Shown here in pieces: positions 38,507 to 55,112 of a stretch of DNA of 64,000 nucleotides. The notes beneath the pieces are model-generated. The model did not search any database, had not been told where the DNA came from, and worked only from the letters and a program-made list of their open reading frames with translations. Every line of letters begins with the position of its first letter. Within the stretch, counting starts at the first letter, position 1. A program made the translations under genes and the position numbers. Origin of the DNA: the human T2T-CHM13v2.0 reference genome, Homo sapiens; NCBI RefSeq assembly GCF_009914755.1, contig NC_060931.1. One strand, 5' to 3'.

Positions 38507-40866
38507 TAATTTTTTGTATTTTTAGTAGAGATAGGGTTTCACCATGTTGGCCAGGATGGTCTAGATCCCTTGACTTCGTGACCCGCCCGCCTCGGCCTCC
38601 CAAAGTCCCAGGCATGAGCCACCACGCTGAGTCAGGGTCCCTCTTAAACTTGTATTTTTAAGGTCTGGTGTCCCTCTTACTTAATCTTTTTTTTTTTTCT
38701 TTTTTGAGACGGAGTCTTGCTCTGTCACCCAGGCTGGCAGTGGCATGGCCTCGGCTCACTGCAACGTCCGCCTCCTGGGTTCAAGTGATTCTCCTGCCTC
38801 AACCTCCTGAGTAGCTGGGACTACAGGCACCTGCCACCATGTCTGGCTAAGTTTTATATTTTTGGCATAGACGGGGGCGGAGGCAGGGGGTTGGGGAGGG
38901 GAGGGGGGATTTTGCTTTGTTGCCCGGAGCTCGAAGTGATAATCTGCCCACCTCTGCTCTCAAAGTGCTAGGATTACAGGCCTGCACCACTGCACCCAGC
39001 TGCTGTAAAGCCTTATTTCCACACAGCTGAGACATGTTTTAGGAAGTTTGCGAAAAGGCCTCTGGAGACCTCCTCATTGTGGCCTCCCTGTTGTCGTGTT
39101 TAATTTGATTGATCTTTTCTGCCCTCCTTTTCAGAAATTAAAGGCTAAAAAAAGGCATTAAACTTTAAAACTTCTCTTGTAGTCTCCTATTAAACTAATT
39201 CTAAGAACCACCAAAAAAGGGAAAAATGTTTTCGAAAGCAGTAAAATGATATGGACTGTTAGTATGTAAAATATAGGAAATAAGTCATTATATATTATTG
39301 CTGCTCTGACATAGGGACATATTATTGAGAATCAACTTTTGCTCAGTTTTCAGAGAAGTGGAATAATCATATCGCTGATCTATGTAAACAAGTTGAAGAA
39401 TTGTCTGACAGAAAATATGGTATGTTTAAATTGGAAAAGTCCTGTAATACTTTGTTCATAAGCATTTACACAATGGAGTTATTGTTCATCATGGGAGTAC
39501 TGTGGACAAGCCCAGGGCTGCTGGTGAATCCTGCCATCCTTACACGTCTCTCCTTGTAAGGTGCTTTGTAGTTTCTGTCTAAATATTAGAAACATTCTTT
39601 GTTTCTAGATTACTGCAAAACTAAGGAAAAGTTTTATTTCTTTAGCATTTCTTTTAAACTTTCAGCATGGATATTGGGGATTTATTTACATGTTTATTGC
39701 AAAGCCCTGGATCTTAGAGATTTAATTGAATATTATTTTTTGAAACTAATTGTTTCTCTTAATCTGCTTTGTTAAATTCGGTATTCACCAAGATGCCTCT
39801 ATTGTCTCTACTTTTATCCTTTTTTTTTTTTTTTTTGAGTTAGAGTCTCACACTGTTGCCCAGACTGCGGTGTATTGGTGCAATCTCAGCTCACTAAAAC
39901 CTCCACCTCCTAGGTTCAAGCGATTCTCCTGCCTCAGCCTCCCGAATAGTTGGGATTACAGGCGATTCTGTTGCCTCATCCTCCCAAGTAGCTGGGATTA
40001 CAGGGGTGTGTCACCAGGCCCAGCTAATTTTTATATTTTTGTAGAGACAGGGTTTTACCATGTTGGCCAGGCTGGTCTCGAACTCCTGACCTCAAATGAT
40101 CCATTCTCCTCGGCCTCCCAAAGTGCTGGGATTACAGGTGTGAGCCACCACACCCGGCCTATGTTTTTATTATATTGTTAATTTAGTACTATTCTGAGTA
40201 AAAATAATTTGCTATTACAGTTTTATAAATTGACTATGACAATTTTATAAATGTCAGTGCTTTTTATAAAATGAAACAGATTATGTTGTGGGGCTTTTGT
40301 TGTGATGGTGATTTACTATTTAAAGACATTAATATTCAGTTGTTGTGAAACTATAAAAACAATCTTCACATTTTATATATATATATTTTTTTTTTTTGAG
40401 ACAGTTTCGCTTTTGTTGTTCTGGCTGGAGTGCAATGGCGCAATCTCGGCTCACCGCAACCTCCGCCTCCTAGGTTCAAGCGATTCTCCTGCCTCAACCT
40501 CCAGAGTAGCTAGGACTACAGGTGTGCACCACCACGCGCAGGTAATTTTTGTACTTTTAGTAGAGACAGGGTTTCACCATGTTGGCCAGGATGGTCTTGA
40601 TCTCTTGACCTCGTCATCTACCTGCCCTGGTCTCCCAAAGTGCTGGGATTACAGGCGCGAGCCACCACACCTGGCCCACATTTTGTAATTTTAAAGCAGT
40701 ATTAATGGTAATTGCCTTAGAGAAAGATACTTTTGTTGTGATATATAAGTATGATATTCAAGTATAGTGTACAGCAAAGGACATTAAACCTAAGTCAGCA
40801 CTAATGTGTTATAGGATACACTTGAAACTTTAGTACAAATAGTAATGTTTAGCAAATAGACCTTAA

Positions 40867-41094
<228 letters not shown>

Positions 41095-41504
41095 TGAGAG
41101 CCACCATGCCCAGCTAATTTTTGTATTTTTAGTAGAGACGGGGTTTTGCCATGTTGGCCAGGCTGGTCTCAAACTCCTGACCTCAGGTGCTCCACCCGCC
41201 TTGGCCCCCCAGAGTGTTGGGGTTACAGGCATGAGTCACTGCACCTGGCCATCACTTGACTTTTTATAGTTGTTGTAGTATTTTAATCATGAGTAAATAA
41301 ATGCTAGTTGAAATGATGCAGTTCAGGAGCATCTTCTGCTTCTCTTACTAAAAAAAAGTATTTTTTTAAGTCCAATAGTTACACTAATGTTTATGTGTGG
41401 AAAATATTACCTTTTCCAGCCGGGTGCGGTAGCTCACACCTGAAATCCCAGCACTTTGGGAGGCTGAGGTGGGTGGATCACCTGAGGTCAGGAGTTCAAG
41501 ACTA

Positions 41505-41709
<205 letters not shown>

Positions 41710-41828
41710 TTACCTATTCCATTTAGTACTATATGTTTTAAATGATATTAGCTGGTATTTTTTTGGCTTTATAATGTGGTTCAGATTTCTGTAGAAATTC
41801 TGGCTGTATCTGCATTGCCTTAAAGTAA

Positions 41829-41975
<147 letters not shown>

Positions 41976-43576
41976 TGAGTAGCTGGGAATACAAGCACCT
42001 GCCACAATGCCTGGCTAATTTTTGTATTTTTAGTAGAGATGGGTTTTACCATGTTGGCCAGGCTGGTCTCGAACTCCTGACCTCATGATCTGCCTGCCTC
42101 AGCCTTTCAAAGTGTTGGGATTACAGTCATGAGCCACCGTGCCCAGCCTGTCTTTTCTTTCCAAAGCCACCCTTGGTGATTAAATGTTAAATATGTACTA
42201 GTGGATATTACTTTGCTGAATATTGCCTAGTGAATATTAAGTATTTATTCTCACCTTGCAGACATGAACTTGTGAATTCAACACGTGAAGATTTACAACT
42301 TGATAAACCAGCTTCAGGAGGTAGGTCTTCAGTCTTAAGTCAGATTAGAAGATTATGTGAAATAATTATTTAATGCTTAACATTGATTTTTTAATGGTAT
42401 CTTCCACATGAAATAATATTCCTCTAACATTTAATTACATGCCAGGACAGGAGAATTCATGTTGTCAAAATTCTAATACTCTCTAGAACAGTAAACTCAT
42501 TTTATTTGTATTAACCCATTATAAATACATGTAAATGTTGCATTTATGGGTAGACAGAACTAAAAGAACAATATTTTTCCTACTTTTGAGATGCAAAAGT
42601 TGTCTGGCATAATGCATTGAACAGGTTATTATTGAAGCTTGCACCAGACAACTGAACAAACATTCCTCAAATGTCCATGATACCCAGGACATAAGAGGCT
42701 TCCTTTTAGAGTATGGAGCCATGCATATCATCTCTTAATTGTTAGATGTGTTTTGAAAGAAATAGAAATATAACGGATTTTCTTATTTGTTTTGGCTCTG
42801 GAGTAGAGTGGGGACAAAACAGAATGGAATCACACTGTTTAGATTTACTGAAATGGAAGGATTGCTGCAAGATTATATCCCTAGTCTCCCCATAGCAAAT
42901 GGCACCTGCTAGCTGTTTTTTGTTTGTTTGTTTGTTTGAGATGGAGTTTTGCTTTGTCGCCCATGCTGGAGTGCAGTGGTGTGATCTCAACTCATTGCAC
43001 CCTCCACCTCCCAGGTTCAAGCAATTCTCCCTGCCTCAGGCTCCCAAGTAGCTGGGATTACAGGCACCTGCCACCACGCCTGCCTAATTTTTGTATTTGT
43101 AGTAGAGCTGGGGTGTCACCATGTTGGCCAGGCTCTTCTTGAACTCCCAACCTCAGGTGATCTGTCCGCCTCAGCCTCCCAAAGTGCTGGGATTACAGGT
43201 GTGAGCCACTGCACCCGGCCTGCTAGTGGTTCTTGAGCACACTGAGTTCTGCTTTTTCCCAGCTTTAATGAATGTCTGGTTCTTCCTTTTTTGTGCAGTG
43301 TGTGTCAGCATTGTTTCAGTAACAAATACATTCTGGATATTAGAAATAATTTTAGTCACAGGAAAAGAAAAAATAATACTATTTTATAATAACAATATTT
43401 AATAACCCGAGCTATTAAACCCATTAAATTGAGAAAACTTGTATTCCTGTGATTTCGACAGTAAAGGAAGAATGGTATGCCAGAATCACTAAATGAAGAA
43501 AGATGGTGGATCAGCTTTTCTGCAAAAAAATTTGGTAAGTCTCTTTTTTCCCCTTTCAACTAAAGTATATTACTGA

Positions 43577-44000
<424 letters not shown>

Positions 44001-44242
44001 TGATCTTGGTTCACTACAACCTTGCCTCCTGGGTTCAAGCAATTCTCCTGCCTCAGCCTCCCTAGTAGCTGGGATCACAGGTGCATACCACCACACCCAA
44101 CTAATTTGTTTTTGTATTTTTAGTAGAGACGGGGTTTTACCACGTTGCCAGGCTGGTCTCAAACTCCTGACCTCAGGTGATCCACCTACCTTGGCATCCC
44201 AGAATGCTGAGATTACAGGTGTGAGCCACCGCACCTGGCCAG

Positions 44243-44586
44243 GAGTGGATTATTTTTATGGTTCCCCTTTTTAGACCATATAGGGTAACTTCCTGATGTT
44301 GCCATGGCATTTATAAACTGTCATGGTGTTGGTGGGAGTGTAGCATTGAGGACAACCAGAGGTCACTCTTGTCACCATCTTGGTTTCTATGGGTTTTGGC
44401 TGAATTCTTTACTGCAACTCATTTTATCAACAAGGTCTTTATGACCTGTATCTTGTGCTGATCTCGTCTCTCACCCTGTGACTTAGAATGCCTTAACCAT
44501 CTAGGAATGCAGCTCAGTAGGTCTCAGCCTCATTTTACCCAGCTTCTATTTAAGATCAAGTGGTTCTCGTTCAAACACCTCTGACA
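44243..44586 (-). mobile_element. MER41A-type ERV1 LTR, 5' portion
   Basis: The reverse complement begins TGTCAGAGGTGTTTGAAC...GCTGGGTAAAATGAGGCTGAGACCTACTGAGCTGCATTCC and continues ...GGAAGTTACCCTATATGGTCTAAAAAGGGG. Truncated by an Alu. Confidence 0.85.
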
Positions 44587-45420
44587 GTATTGCTGCTTTC
44601 TTTAAGGTTCCTGAAAGGGAGAGAGGAAATCTTAGATTTGTCATTGCTGGGAACCACTGCAAGTATTCAAGAAATATTCACTACTTCCAACCTCATAATC
44701 CTGCAGTCATTTGTTACCTGTGAGTCAGGTGCGGGGGGAGCTGGGCAGTGCAGAAGACAGTGCCCTGCCCCGTGCATTCTGGAGCATTCAATCTGCTGGG
44801 GAAACGTATAGTAAGTAGGGGATATTTACTCTGTAAGAAGATATAAGGTCTGGGAAAGAATTAAGTAGAATAAGGGGAATGGGGAAGCAGGGGTTGTGAT
44901 TGGGGCAGCCTTGATGATATGTGATGAGCACGTTCTGTAGTTGGCCTCGCCTCTTTCTAAACTTCACTTTTTACTCTCAACTCCAATTGGTTCTTTTTTA
45001 TTTTATAAAAACTTTGTTAGAATTAGGCTTATATATTTCCTTGTTGAATTAACAGAATAATTTTATTTAACATCACTCTCTAGTGTGACTGAAAGCCTCT
45101 AATCCTTTACTATGATTTGTTTATGGGCATATTTCTTTTTACAGCTATGATAATTATTTCATTTTGTGTGGTTTCTCAAAAATACATGTGTTTCTGATCT
45201 CAGAGAGTTCCTGTACTAGAGCCCTTCAGATTTGGTGCTAATATCATGAAGTAAGAATTTGAGACAAATCTTGAGATGTTAGAGGAAAGCCGATCTAAGA
45301 ACAAAGACATTAATTATTAATAAATAATTAAATTATTTATTAATTAATTAATTTCAAGTTGACATTTAAGTTGAGGTGTGGAGGTGAAGGAGACAGTTGG
45401 ATAAATAAGTCTGGAAGTAA

Positions 45421-45780
<360 letters not shown>

Positions 45781-46015
45781 TATAATTTTGGATTTTATAG
45801 TTGTGTTTTGATAGCAATTGTTGATATCACCAAAATAATTCATCAGTGAGCTCCCTGAGAGCTCCCCGACTTTTCTTTTTAAAGAAACAGGGTCCACTGG
45901 GTGCGGTGGCTCACACCTGTAATCCCAGCATTTTGGGAGGCTGAGGCAGGTGGATCACCTGAAGTGGGGGGTTCAAGACCAGCCTGACCAACATGGAGAA
46001 ATCCCATCTCTACTA

Positions 46016-46174
<159 letters not shown>

Positions 46175-46403
46175 TCAAAAAAAAAAAAAAACAAAGAAAA
46201 AGAAAAGAAACAAAGAAACAGGGTCTTATGTTGTCTGGGATGGACTAGAACTCCTGGGCTCAAGTTATCCTCCTGCCTCAGTCTCCTAAATAGCTGGGGC
46301 TACAGGCACATGCCACCATGCCCAGCTTTGAGCCACTCCCAACCATCAGGCTGCAAAATATTTAAATGTTACATACAGAGGTACAAGGGAGATCTATATA
46401 TAA

Positions 46404-46661
<258 letters not shown>

Positions 46662-47080
46662 TAGAGACAGGCTTTCACCATGTTGGCCAGGCTGGTCTTG
46701 AACTCCTGACCCAAGTGATCCACCTGCCTCAGCCTCCCAAAGTGTTGGGATTACAGGCATGAGCCATCGCTCCTGGCCCTTGTTTTACATTTTTAAATTA
46801 CAGTTTTTATACCTATTCAAAAGTAGAGAAAATAGTACAGTGAACGCTAAAATACCCATTCCTCAATTTCTGTGATCATTAAGATTGTCCCACATTTTGT
46901 TCTTCTATTCCTTTACCTCCCTTTGCAGGAATATTGTAAAGCAAATCAGTCATCACCATCATTTTATCTGTTCAGTGTGCATCCCCGAACAGCATTAACA
47001 TTTTCTTACACAGCTACTATCTCATCACATCTGACAAAATTACAATGATTTTTTTGTGTCAGCTCATCTGTAACCCTTAG

Positions 47081-47296
<216 letters not shown>

Positions 47297-48238
47297 TGAT
47301 CTCGAACTCCTGACCTCAGGTAATCTGCCCACCTCGTCCTCCCCAAGTGCTGCGATTACAGGTGTGAGCCACCATGCCTGGCCAAGTTTCCTTACTCTTA
47401 CCTGAACAGTATCTCATTTCCTCATTATCTGAAAAATTTTGCTTTAAATCTGGGTCCAAACAGTCTTCATGTGCTAACTTTGGTTGTTATGCCTCTTTTA
47501 ATCAAAACTGGCCTCTGCTTACTATTTTTATTTCCCATTTCATGAATTCTTTGTGGAAAGTTATTTCTTTTAAAACAGCATGCTCATGAGGTTGAAGGGG
47601 TAAAGAACATTGATCTTGTGGTTGCAGTGTGGATGAAAATTCAGCCTGAAATATGCCTGTTTGCAGCAGCCAGTGGAGGAGGGTTATTAATTTCACAAGC
47701 AGATAGTGGCAAAAGGCTGCTTCCAAATAGTATTTGCAGGCCAGCTGCGGTGGCTCACACCTGTAATCCCAGCACTTTGGGAGGTCAAGGTGAGCAGATC
47801 GCTTGAGGTCAGGAGTTTGAGACCAGCCTGGCCAACATGGTAAAACCCCATCTCTACTGAAAAGTACAAAAATTAGCCAGGCGTGGTGGCGGGCACCTGT
47901 AATCTTAGCTACTCAGGAGGCTGAGGCAGGAGAATCACTTGAACCCAGGAGGCGGAGCTTGCAATGAACCGAGATCATGCCACTGCACTCCAGCCTGGGT
48001 GACAGAGCGAGACTCCATCTTGGAAAAAAACAAAACAAAACAACAAAAAAAAAAACAAACAAAAAAAAACAAATAGTATTCAGGTTGTGTTCTTTATCGT
48101 CTATAATTTTTTTCTCTTCTTCCTAAGAATATTGAAAAACAAAGTTTAATATTTTAAGATCTTAGAGTTATTAAGATTGTCTTAGGATCAGGACACTTAA
48201 ATCTGCCAAAATCTGGTTGGTAATAATGGGTCATTTAT

Positions 48239-50027
48239 TTTTATTATTTTTTTTTAATTTTTAAAATTTTTATTTCTCAGCCTTGAGATTCTGATATGTA
48301 AAAATGCAAGTATCTTCAAAGATAGAAAACATATACAGATATCACTAAGATGGCAGAACTCAGTATATACAATCATGGAGCAGTGCCTTATACCAGCCCT
48401 CCAGCTAACTGCAGCTGCAAGCATGACTCTCATGCTGTCTTGTACTTAGTGTTCAACTAGTGACCCAGCTTCCTCAATCATGGGGAAGGGCCATCAGCAA
48501 ATGGCACTCAGGCATGGGGGCTTGAGAAAAGATCCCACACACTCAATGGCATGTTAGACATTTCATGAAAGGATTAGGTGTGTTACCCCCGGCTTTCTCC
48601 CCCAGAGTTTATCGAGACTGATAATAAAGTAAATGCATTATAAGCCACACATACAAGTTGTGGAGTCAAGGAAACAGAGTGACTTTTCTGTGTGTCCTAT
48701 TTTATAGGCTTTAATTAAATTATTTGTGGCCTTGGATTGGGGGCAGGATTTGGTTATTATTATTTTTTATTATACTTTAAGTTCTGGGGTACATGTGCAG
48801 AACGTACAGGTTTGTTACACGTACCATCGTGGTTTGCTGCACCCATCAGCCTGTCATCTACATTAGGTATTTCTCCTAATGCTGTCCCTCCCCTAACCCT
48901 GCACTCCCCGAGAGGCCCTGGTGTGTGATGTTCCCCTCCATGTCCATGTGTTCTCATTGTTCAACTCCCACTTATGAGTGAGAACATGCAGTTGTTGGTT
49001 TTCTGTTCTTGTGTTAGTTTGCTGAGAATGATGGTTTCCAGCTTCATCCATGTTCCTGCAAAGGACATGAACTCATCCTTTTTCATGTCTGCATAGTATT
49101 TCATAGTGTATATGTACCACATTTTCTTTATCCAGTCTATCATTGATGGGCATTTAGGTTGGTTCCAAGTTTTTGCTATTGTGAATAGTGCCGCAATAAA
49201 CATACATGTGCATGTGTCTTTATGGTAGAATGATTTATAATCCTTTGGGTATATACCCAGTAATGGGATTGCTGGGTCAAATGTTATTTCTGGTTCTAGG
49301 TCCTTGAGGAATCATTACACTGTCTTCCACAATGATTGAACTAATTTACACTCCCACCAAAAGTATAAAAGCGTTCCTATTTCTCCACATCCTCTCCAGC
49401 ATCTGTTGTTTCCTGACTTTTTATTGTTTGCCATTTTAACTGACATGAGATGGTATCTCATTGTTTTTGATTTGCATTTCTCTAATGACCAGTGATGAGC
49501 ATTTTTTCATGTTTGTTAGCTGCATAAATATTATATTTTAGATTATTCCTGCTTTCTCTTATGGGCATTTAGTGCATTAGTCATTTAGTGCTATAAATTT
49601 CCCTCTAAACACTGCTTTAAACGTGTCCCAGAGATTCTGATATGTTGTGTCTTTGTTCTTACTGGTTTCAAAGGACATCTTTATTTCTGCCTTAATTTCG
49701 TTATTTACCCAGTTCTCATTCAGGAGCAGGTTGTTCAGTTTCCATGTAGTGCGGTTTTGAGTGAGTTTCTTAATTTTGAGTTCTAATTTAATTGCACTAT
49801 GCAGTGAGAGCCTGTTTGTTATTATTTCCATTCTTTTGCATTTGCTGAGGAGTGTTTTACTTCTAATTATGTGGTCAGTTTTAGAATAAGTGTGATGTGG
49901 TGCTGAGAAGAACGTATATTCTGTGGATTTGGGGTGGAAAATTCTGTAGATGTCTTAAGTCTGCTTGGTCCAGAACTGACTTCAAGTCCTTAATATCCTT
50001 GTTAATTTTCTGTCTCATTGATCTGTC
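48239..50027 (-). mobile_element. 5'-truncated, internally deleted L1PA insertion with a 3' transduction
   Basis: TSD TAATAATGGGTCATTTAT at 48221-48238 and 50028-50045. L1 3' UTR/ORF2 C-terminus at ~48768-49529 (MFIAALFTIAKTWNQPKCPS...). ORF2 endonuclease-region piece at ~49535-50027 (…[16 protein letters not shown]...). Non-L1 segment ~48256-48753. Confidence 0.9.
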
Positions 50028-50171
50028 TAATAATGGGTCATTTATACTTGCCTTTGCTTTAAGCCTGCTTCAATAGTTAGTAAATATGTTTCTAGAGTTT
50101 TTCCAATTTAAAAAAATTGACCTGCACCTTGCTTTGGATTGTACTAAAATCTGATTTCAACACAAGCATAG

Positions 50172-50384
<213 letters not shown>

Positions 50385-51285
50385 TAAGATGATAATCTGC
50401 AGAAACAAATTCAGTGTCTTCCCTAAGGAGAGATTAATTCGATGAGGAAGGGCCTTTTGTTCCCCTCTCATTATGACTTCCTTATATTTACAATTAACAT
50501 TTAGATTCACTTATTGAACAAACATGTATTTAGTATAAGTATCAGATGTGCAAAATTGGGTCTAGCAAGAACCCTGTCCTTGGGAGGCTTAATATTATGA
50601 AAAATGCAATGAAGAGTTGTTGAGCATTTTTAGGGGAGAAGGCAAGGATGGCATACCCAGATCAGTCATTTGTGCATCCAGAAGGGAGGGAACGTGTTCC
50701 AAATATGAGTAAAGGCAGGGAGATGTCAAATATGCCCACATATTCACATACCTCACCCATTCTGTGTGGAGGGAGGAGTGCCATGTGGGCATGGTGGGAT
50801 TGCATAGATAGACTTGGGTGGCCAAATGGAGGAAGGCCTTAGATCCTACAAAAGCAGTGGCAGTCATTAAATGGTCTCATAGCAGTTCCCTCTTAAAATA
50901 ATTTGGATCTACCCTTTAGAAAGGTTATTCTGGCTTAATTTTGAAGGGTAATACATGGGTAGTTTGAGTGTTGGGGATAGGAACAGAAGGCCTCTCTCTA
51001 CTCATGAAAGGAATGTTGAAGTGGGTTGAGTCTTGCTTACTGATTGAGGTTGTGCATCTGTGTGTATTCATTGGGACTGAGTTGTATATGGAGGGGAAAG
51101 GTTTAAGATGATACAGCAAGCTGCTTCTGGCTCTGCTATGAGACCGTTCATCTAAGATTCAGAAACAGAATTGAGCTGGTTTGGGGGAAAAGTGACTTTT
51201 GCATATTTATCTTAAAAAAAGATGACTTTGGAGACATCCAGCTGGTCTCACCTGAATGTCTGAAAATTGCTATTTTCAAAATTCA

Positions 51286-51711
<426 letters not shown>

Positions 51712-52289
51712 TTAATATCAACTATGTATTTATGGTCCAGAACTTCTTACTCACAATACAACTGTAGTTACTCAGCCAAGAACAAATACAACAGGTAAAA
51801 TAGTTGTGAAATCCTTTTTAAAAGCACAGGTTAATCTTGAAGCTTTTAAAAATTAATCTTTTAAAATGATGGAACTGCTCCTTCCTTCACCTCCCCAAAA
51901 AATCTTTTGCAGAAGCTCAATACAGGCACTTCTTGATTTATCAATATGCACATATGCAGTGTAGGGATAACTGAAGCTTTTTTTCTTTCTTCCTTTTTTT
52001 GATACAGAGTCTCACTCTGTCACCCAGGCTGGAGTGCAGTGGTGTGATCTTGGCTCACTGCAACCAGGCTCAAGCAATTCTCCTTCCTCAGCCTCCTGAG
52101 TACCTGGGATTACAGGCGTGCGCCACCATGCCTGGCTAAGTTTTGTATTTTGTGTAGAGACAAGGTTTCACCATTTTGGCCAGGCTGGTCTCAAACTCCT
52201 AGGCTCAGGTGATCCTTCTGCCTGAGCCTCCCAAAGTGCTGGGATTATAGATGTGAGTCACCGCACCCAGCATTAAGCTTTGAACTTTG

Positions 52290-52535
52290 GCCAGTGGTAT
52301 CCAAGAGAAATACAATGTGTGCTGCAAATGCAAGCCACATACATAATTTTACATTTTCGAGTTCAACCTGAAATCATTATAAATAAATACACAATGAAGT
52401 ATTTAACATTCTTTACTTCATTTGCGTATGTTCTTTTTGTTGATAATTGATGTGTCTTTCATACTCACAGCATATTTCAGTTTCAAGTAGCCACACAACT
52501 GTTCAGGGATAGCAGTTACTGTCCGCATTTGGACC
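52290..52535. mobile_element. hAT-Charlie DNA transposon relic (MER3/MER33-like)
   Basis: cagtggtatccaagagaaatacaatgtg...gccacatacataatttt...ttcaagtagccacac...ttggac pattern. Confidence 0.55.
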
Positions 52536-52629
52536 TTAATGTTTATTCATATGAGCCCTGTTCCTAAAATGGCAAATACTGTAACTCTGGCCTGCACACG
52601 AATATCACAGCCTAATAGGAAAGATCTAA

Positions 52630-52893
<264 letters not shown>

Positions 52894-55009
52894 TGATCTG
52901 CCACCTTGGCCTCCCAAAGTGTTAAGATTACAGGTGTGAACCACCGTGCCCAGCCTATTTTCTTTGTTAGAGCTCTTTATTAGAGCTTTCTTTCTTTCCC
53001 ATCTTTTTGTTTGCCATTGTGCACTGTCAGAGTAAGTGACCACAATTTGTAGATTATCTACCACCTTAGGAATTTAAGTTGCCAAGAACCAATAACTAGC
53101 CATTTAGTATGAAGGTTTTTATTGTCAGGAAATAAGTGTTGGGAATCAAGTATGAATTATGTGTGCATATTAGGTCTTTACAAATTTGTGCAGTTAATCA
53201 TTCTCATTAATACTACAGTGAATAAATGTTCTCAAGTTGGGTTAATGGGTGTGTCCTGAAATACTGCTCCTTCAGCTCTCACAGTATCTTGGGGCAATTA
53301 GTGAAGGTCAGTCAGTGTGCCAAATAGATTTTGTGTGGAGTATGGCATGGAAAGTGGTTGAGAAATTCTATAGTAGGGTAAGAAAATAATCCTTGTCCAG
53401 GAGTCCTGCAGTGGAGAAGACAAAACTCAGTGCTTAACTCATAGGTTAAGCATGTTTTTTCTTTCTTTTTTTTTTTTTTTGAGACAGAGTCTTGCTTTGT
53501 TGCCCAGGCTGGAGTGCAGTGGCATGATTTTGGCTCACTGTAACCTTCACCTCCTGGGTTCAAGCAGTTCTCTTGCCTCAGCCTCCCAGTACCTGGGATT
53601 ACAGGTGCACACCACCATGCTGGCTAATTTTTGTATTTTTAGAAGAGATGGGGTTTCACCATGTTGGCCCGGCTGGTCTTGAGCTCCTGACCTTGTGATC
53701 AGCCTGCCTTAGTCTCCCAAAGTGCTGAGATTACAGGTGTGAACCACTGTGCCTGGCCCTCAGCATGTGTTTGATTTAGCCAAAGAATCAAAGCATTGGT
53801 GAAGAATTGAAGATTGGAAGTTACACATTTTTTGCTAAGGGAAGTAATAGAGAAAGAAAAATATTCCTGGAGGTAAATCTTCAGTTTGGATTAATGTGAA
53901 CATGAAGAAACCTGTAGAAACCTTCATTTCTCAAGACAAAGCTCAAATTCAAGGTTGTGAGGAATGCAGTCACTGCTTTTGTTAGGGGCAGTTGTGACAG
54001 TGATTGCAGAAACTGAGACTGCAAAGCCCGTATTATATAAAGAATGTGCAAGTGCCATAGAAGACACTGCAAGGATTGGGTGCTGGAGCAGTGCTGGACC
54101 TGCCATCATCACCAGAGTGCAGCAGAGAGAATCTCCTCTCTTGCCATCACTAACCCAGCACTTGACTTTGTCCCACTCCTAAAAGATCTTGGAAGGAATT
54201 AAAGGTGCTTGGTGGTTTCTCATTCCAGCATAACCTTACTTGGCCTGACCATGAACCATGCATTAGTCTTTGGACAGGGCAATTCAAATCACAGACCACA
54301 TAACAAAAGAATTTTGTGGCCATCAGAACTGTCTCCTTAAACACACCATGGGTGCACTGTGTCCTCAGCTTGGTGAAAGGTAGATGTCACACACGAGAAG
54401 GTGGTGGAGCCAGGCATGTGATGGAGCCTCGAAGAGTGGGAGGTGGCAGCTGGCTCTGTGAGGAGGGTGTGAAGTCCTCCCTGGGAGGAGCAGATGCCAG
54501 AAAAGGAGGTGAGGGTGGGCAGAAGAGGAGGCTGAGCAGCAAGTGAATAGACGTGCTCGACCTCAGAGGAGGAGAGTCCCATGTCTTTATTGGTAATATT
54601 CTAATGTGGTTGATACCGGAGTTATTTTCTGTGGCTGAATGGTTCAACTACTCTGAAATCCATGGGGAAAAACAAAACAAAACAAAAAAAAACTCATACT
54701 AAAAACCCTTGAGATGCTAAGTTTTAAAGTAAAGGAAATGTTACAAGATTTTCTGAAACCACCAACCTTTAGCAGTATTTTCAGACCTTCTCCAACATTT
54801 TCCACTGCCTTTGTCAGCAATCAGAGATGACCTTCACACTGAGGCAATCTTCCACTTCCCTTACCCTTTTCCTTTTCTCTCTCTTTCTCTCCTTTCCTCA
54901 TCCAGTAACTCCAGTCAGACTCCATTGTCTCCAGGTCGACTTTCGTCATCATCCACAACTCCTCCACACAAGCCCTGAACACGTGTCCATGTAAGTGACA
55001 TCCTTTGTC

Positions 55010-55112
55010 TTTATTTTTTTATTTTATTTTATTTTATTTTATTTTATTATTTTATTTTATTTTTTTATTTTATTTTATTTTTTTATTTTATTTTATTTAT
55101 TTTATTTTATTT
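55010..55112. repeat. (TTTTA)n expansion of an Alu tail
   Basis: Direct reading. Confidence 0.9.

Noticed and set aside
48961-49831. ORFs 48961-49203 and 49577-49831 as genes
   Set aside because: They are L1 ORF2 fragments of a truncated element.
54337-54582. Similarity of HVYSLAAQPPLLPTL to a CBL proline-rich segment
   Set aside because: Short, low-complexity match with no flanking support.
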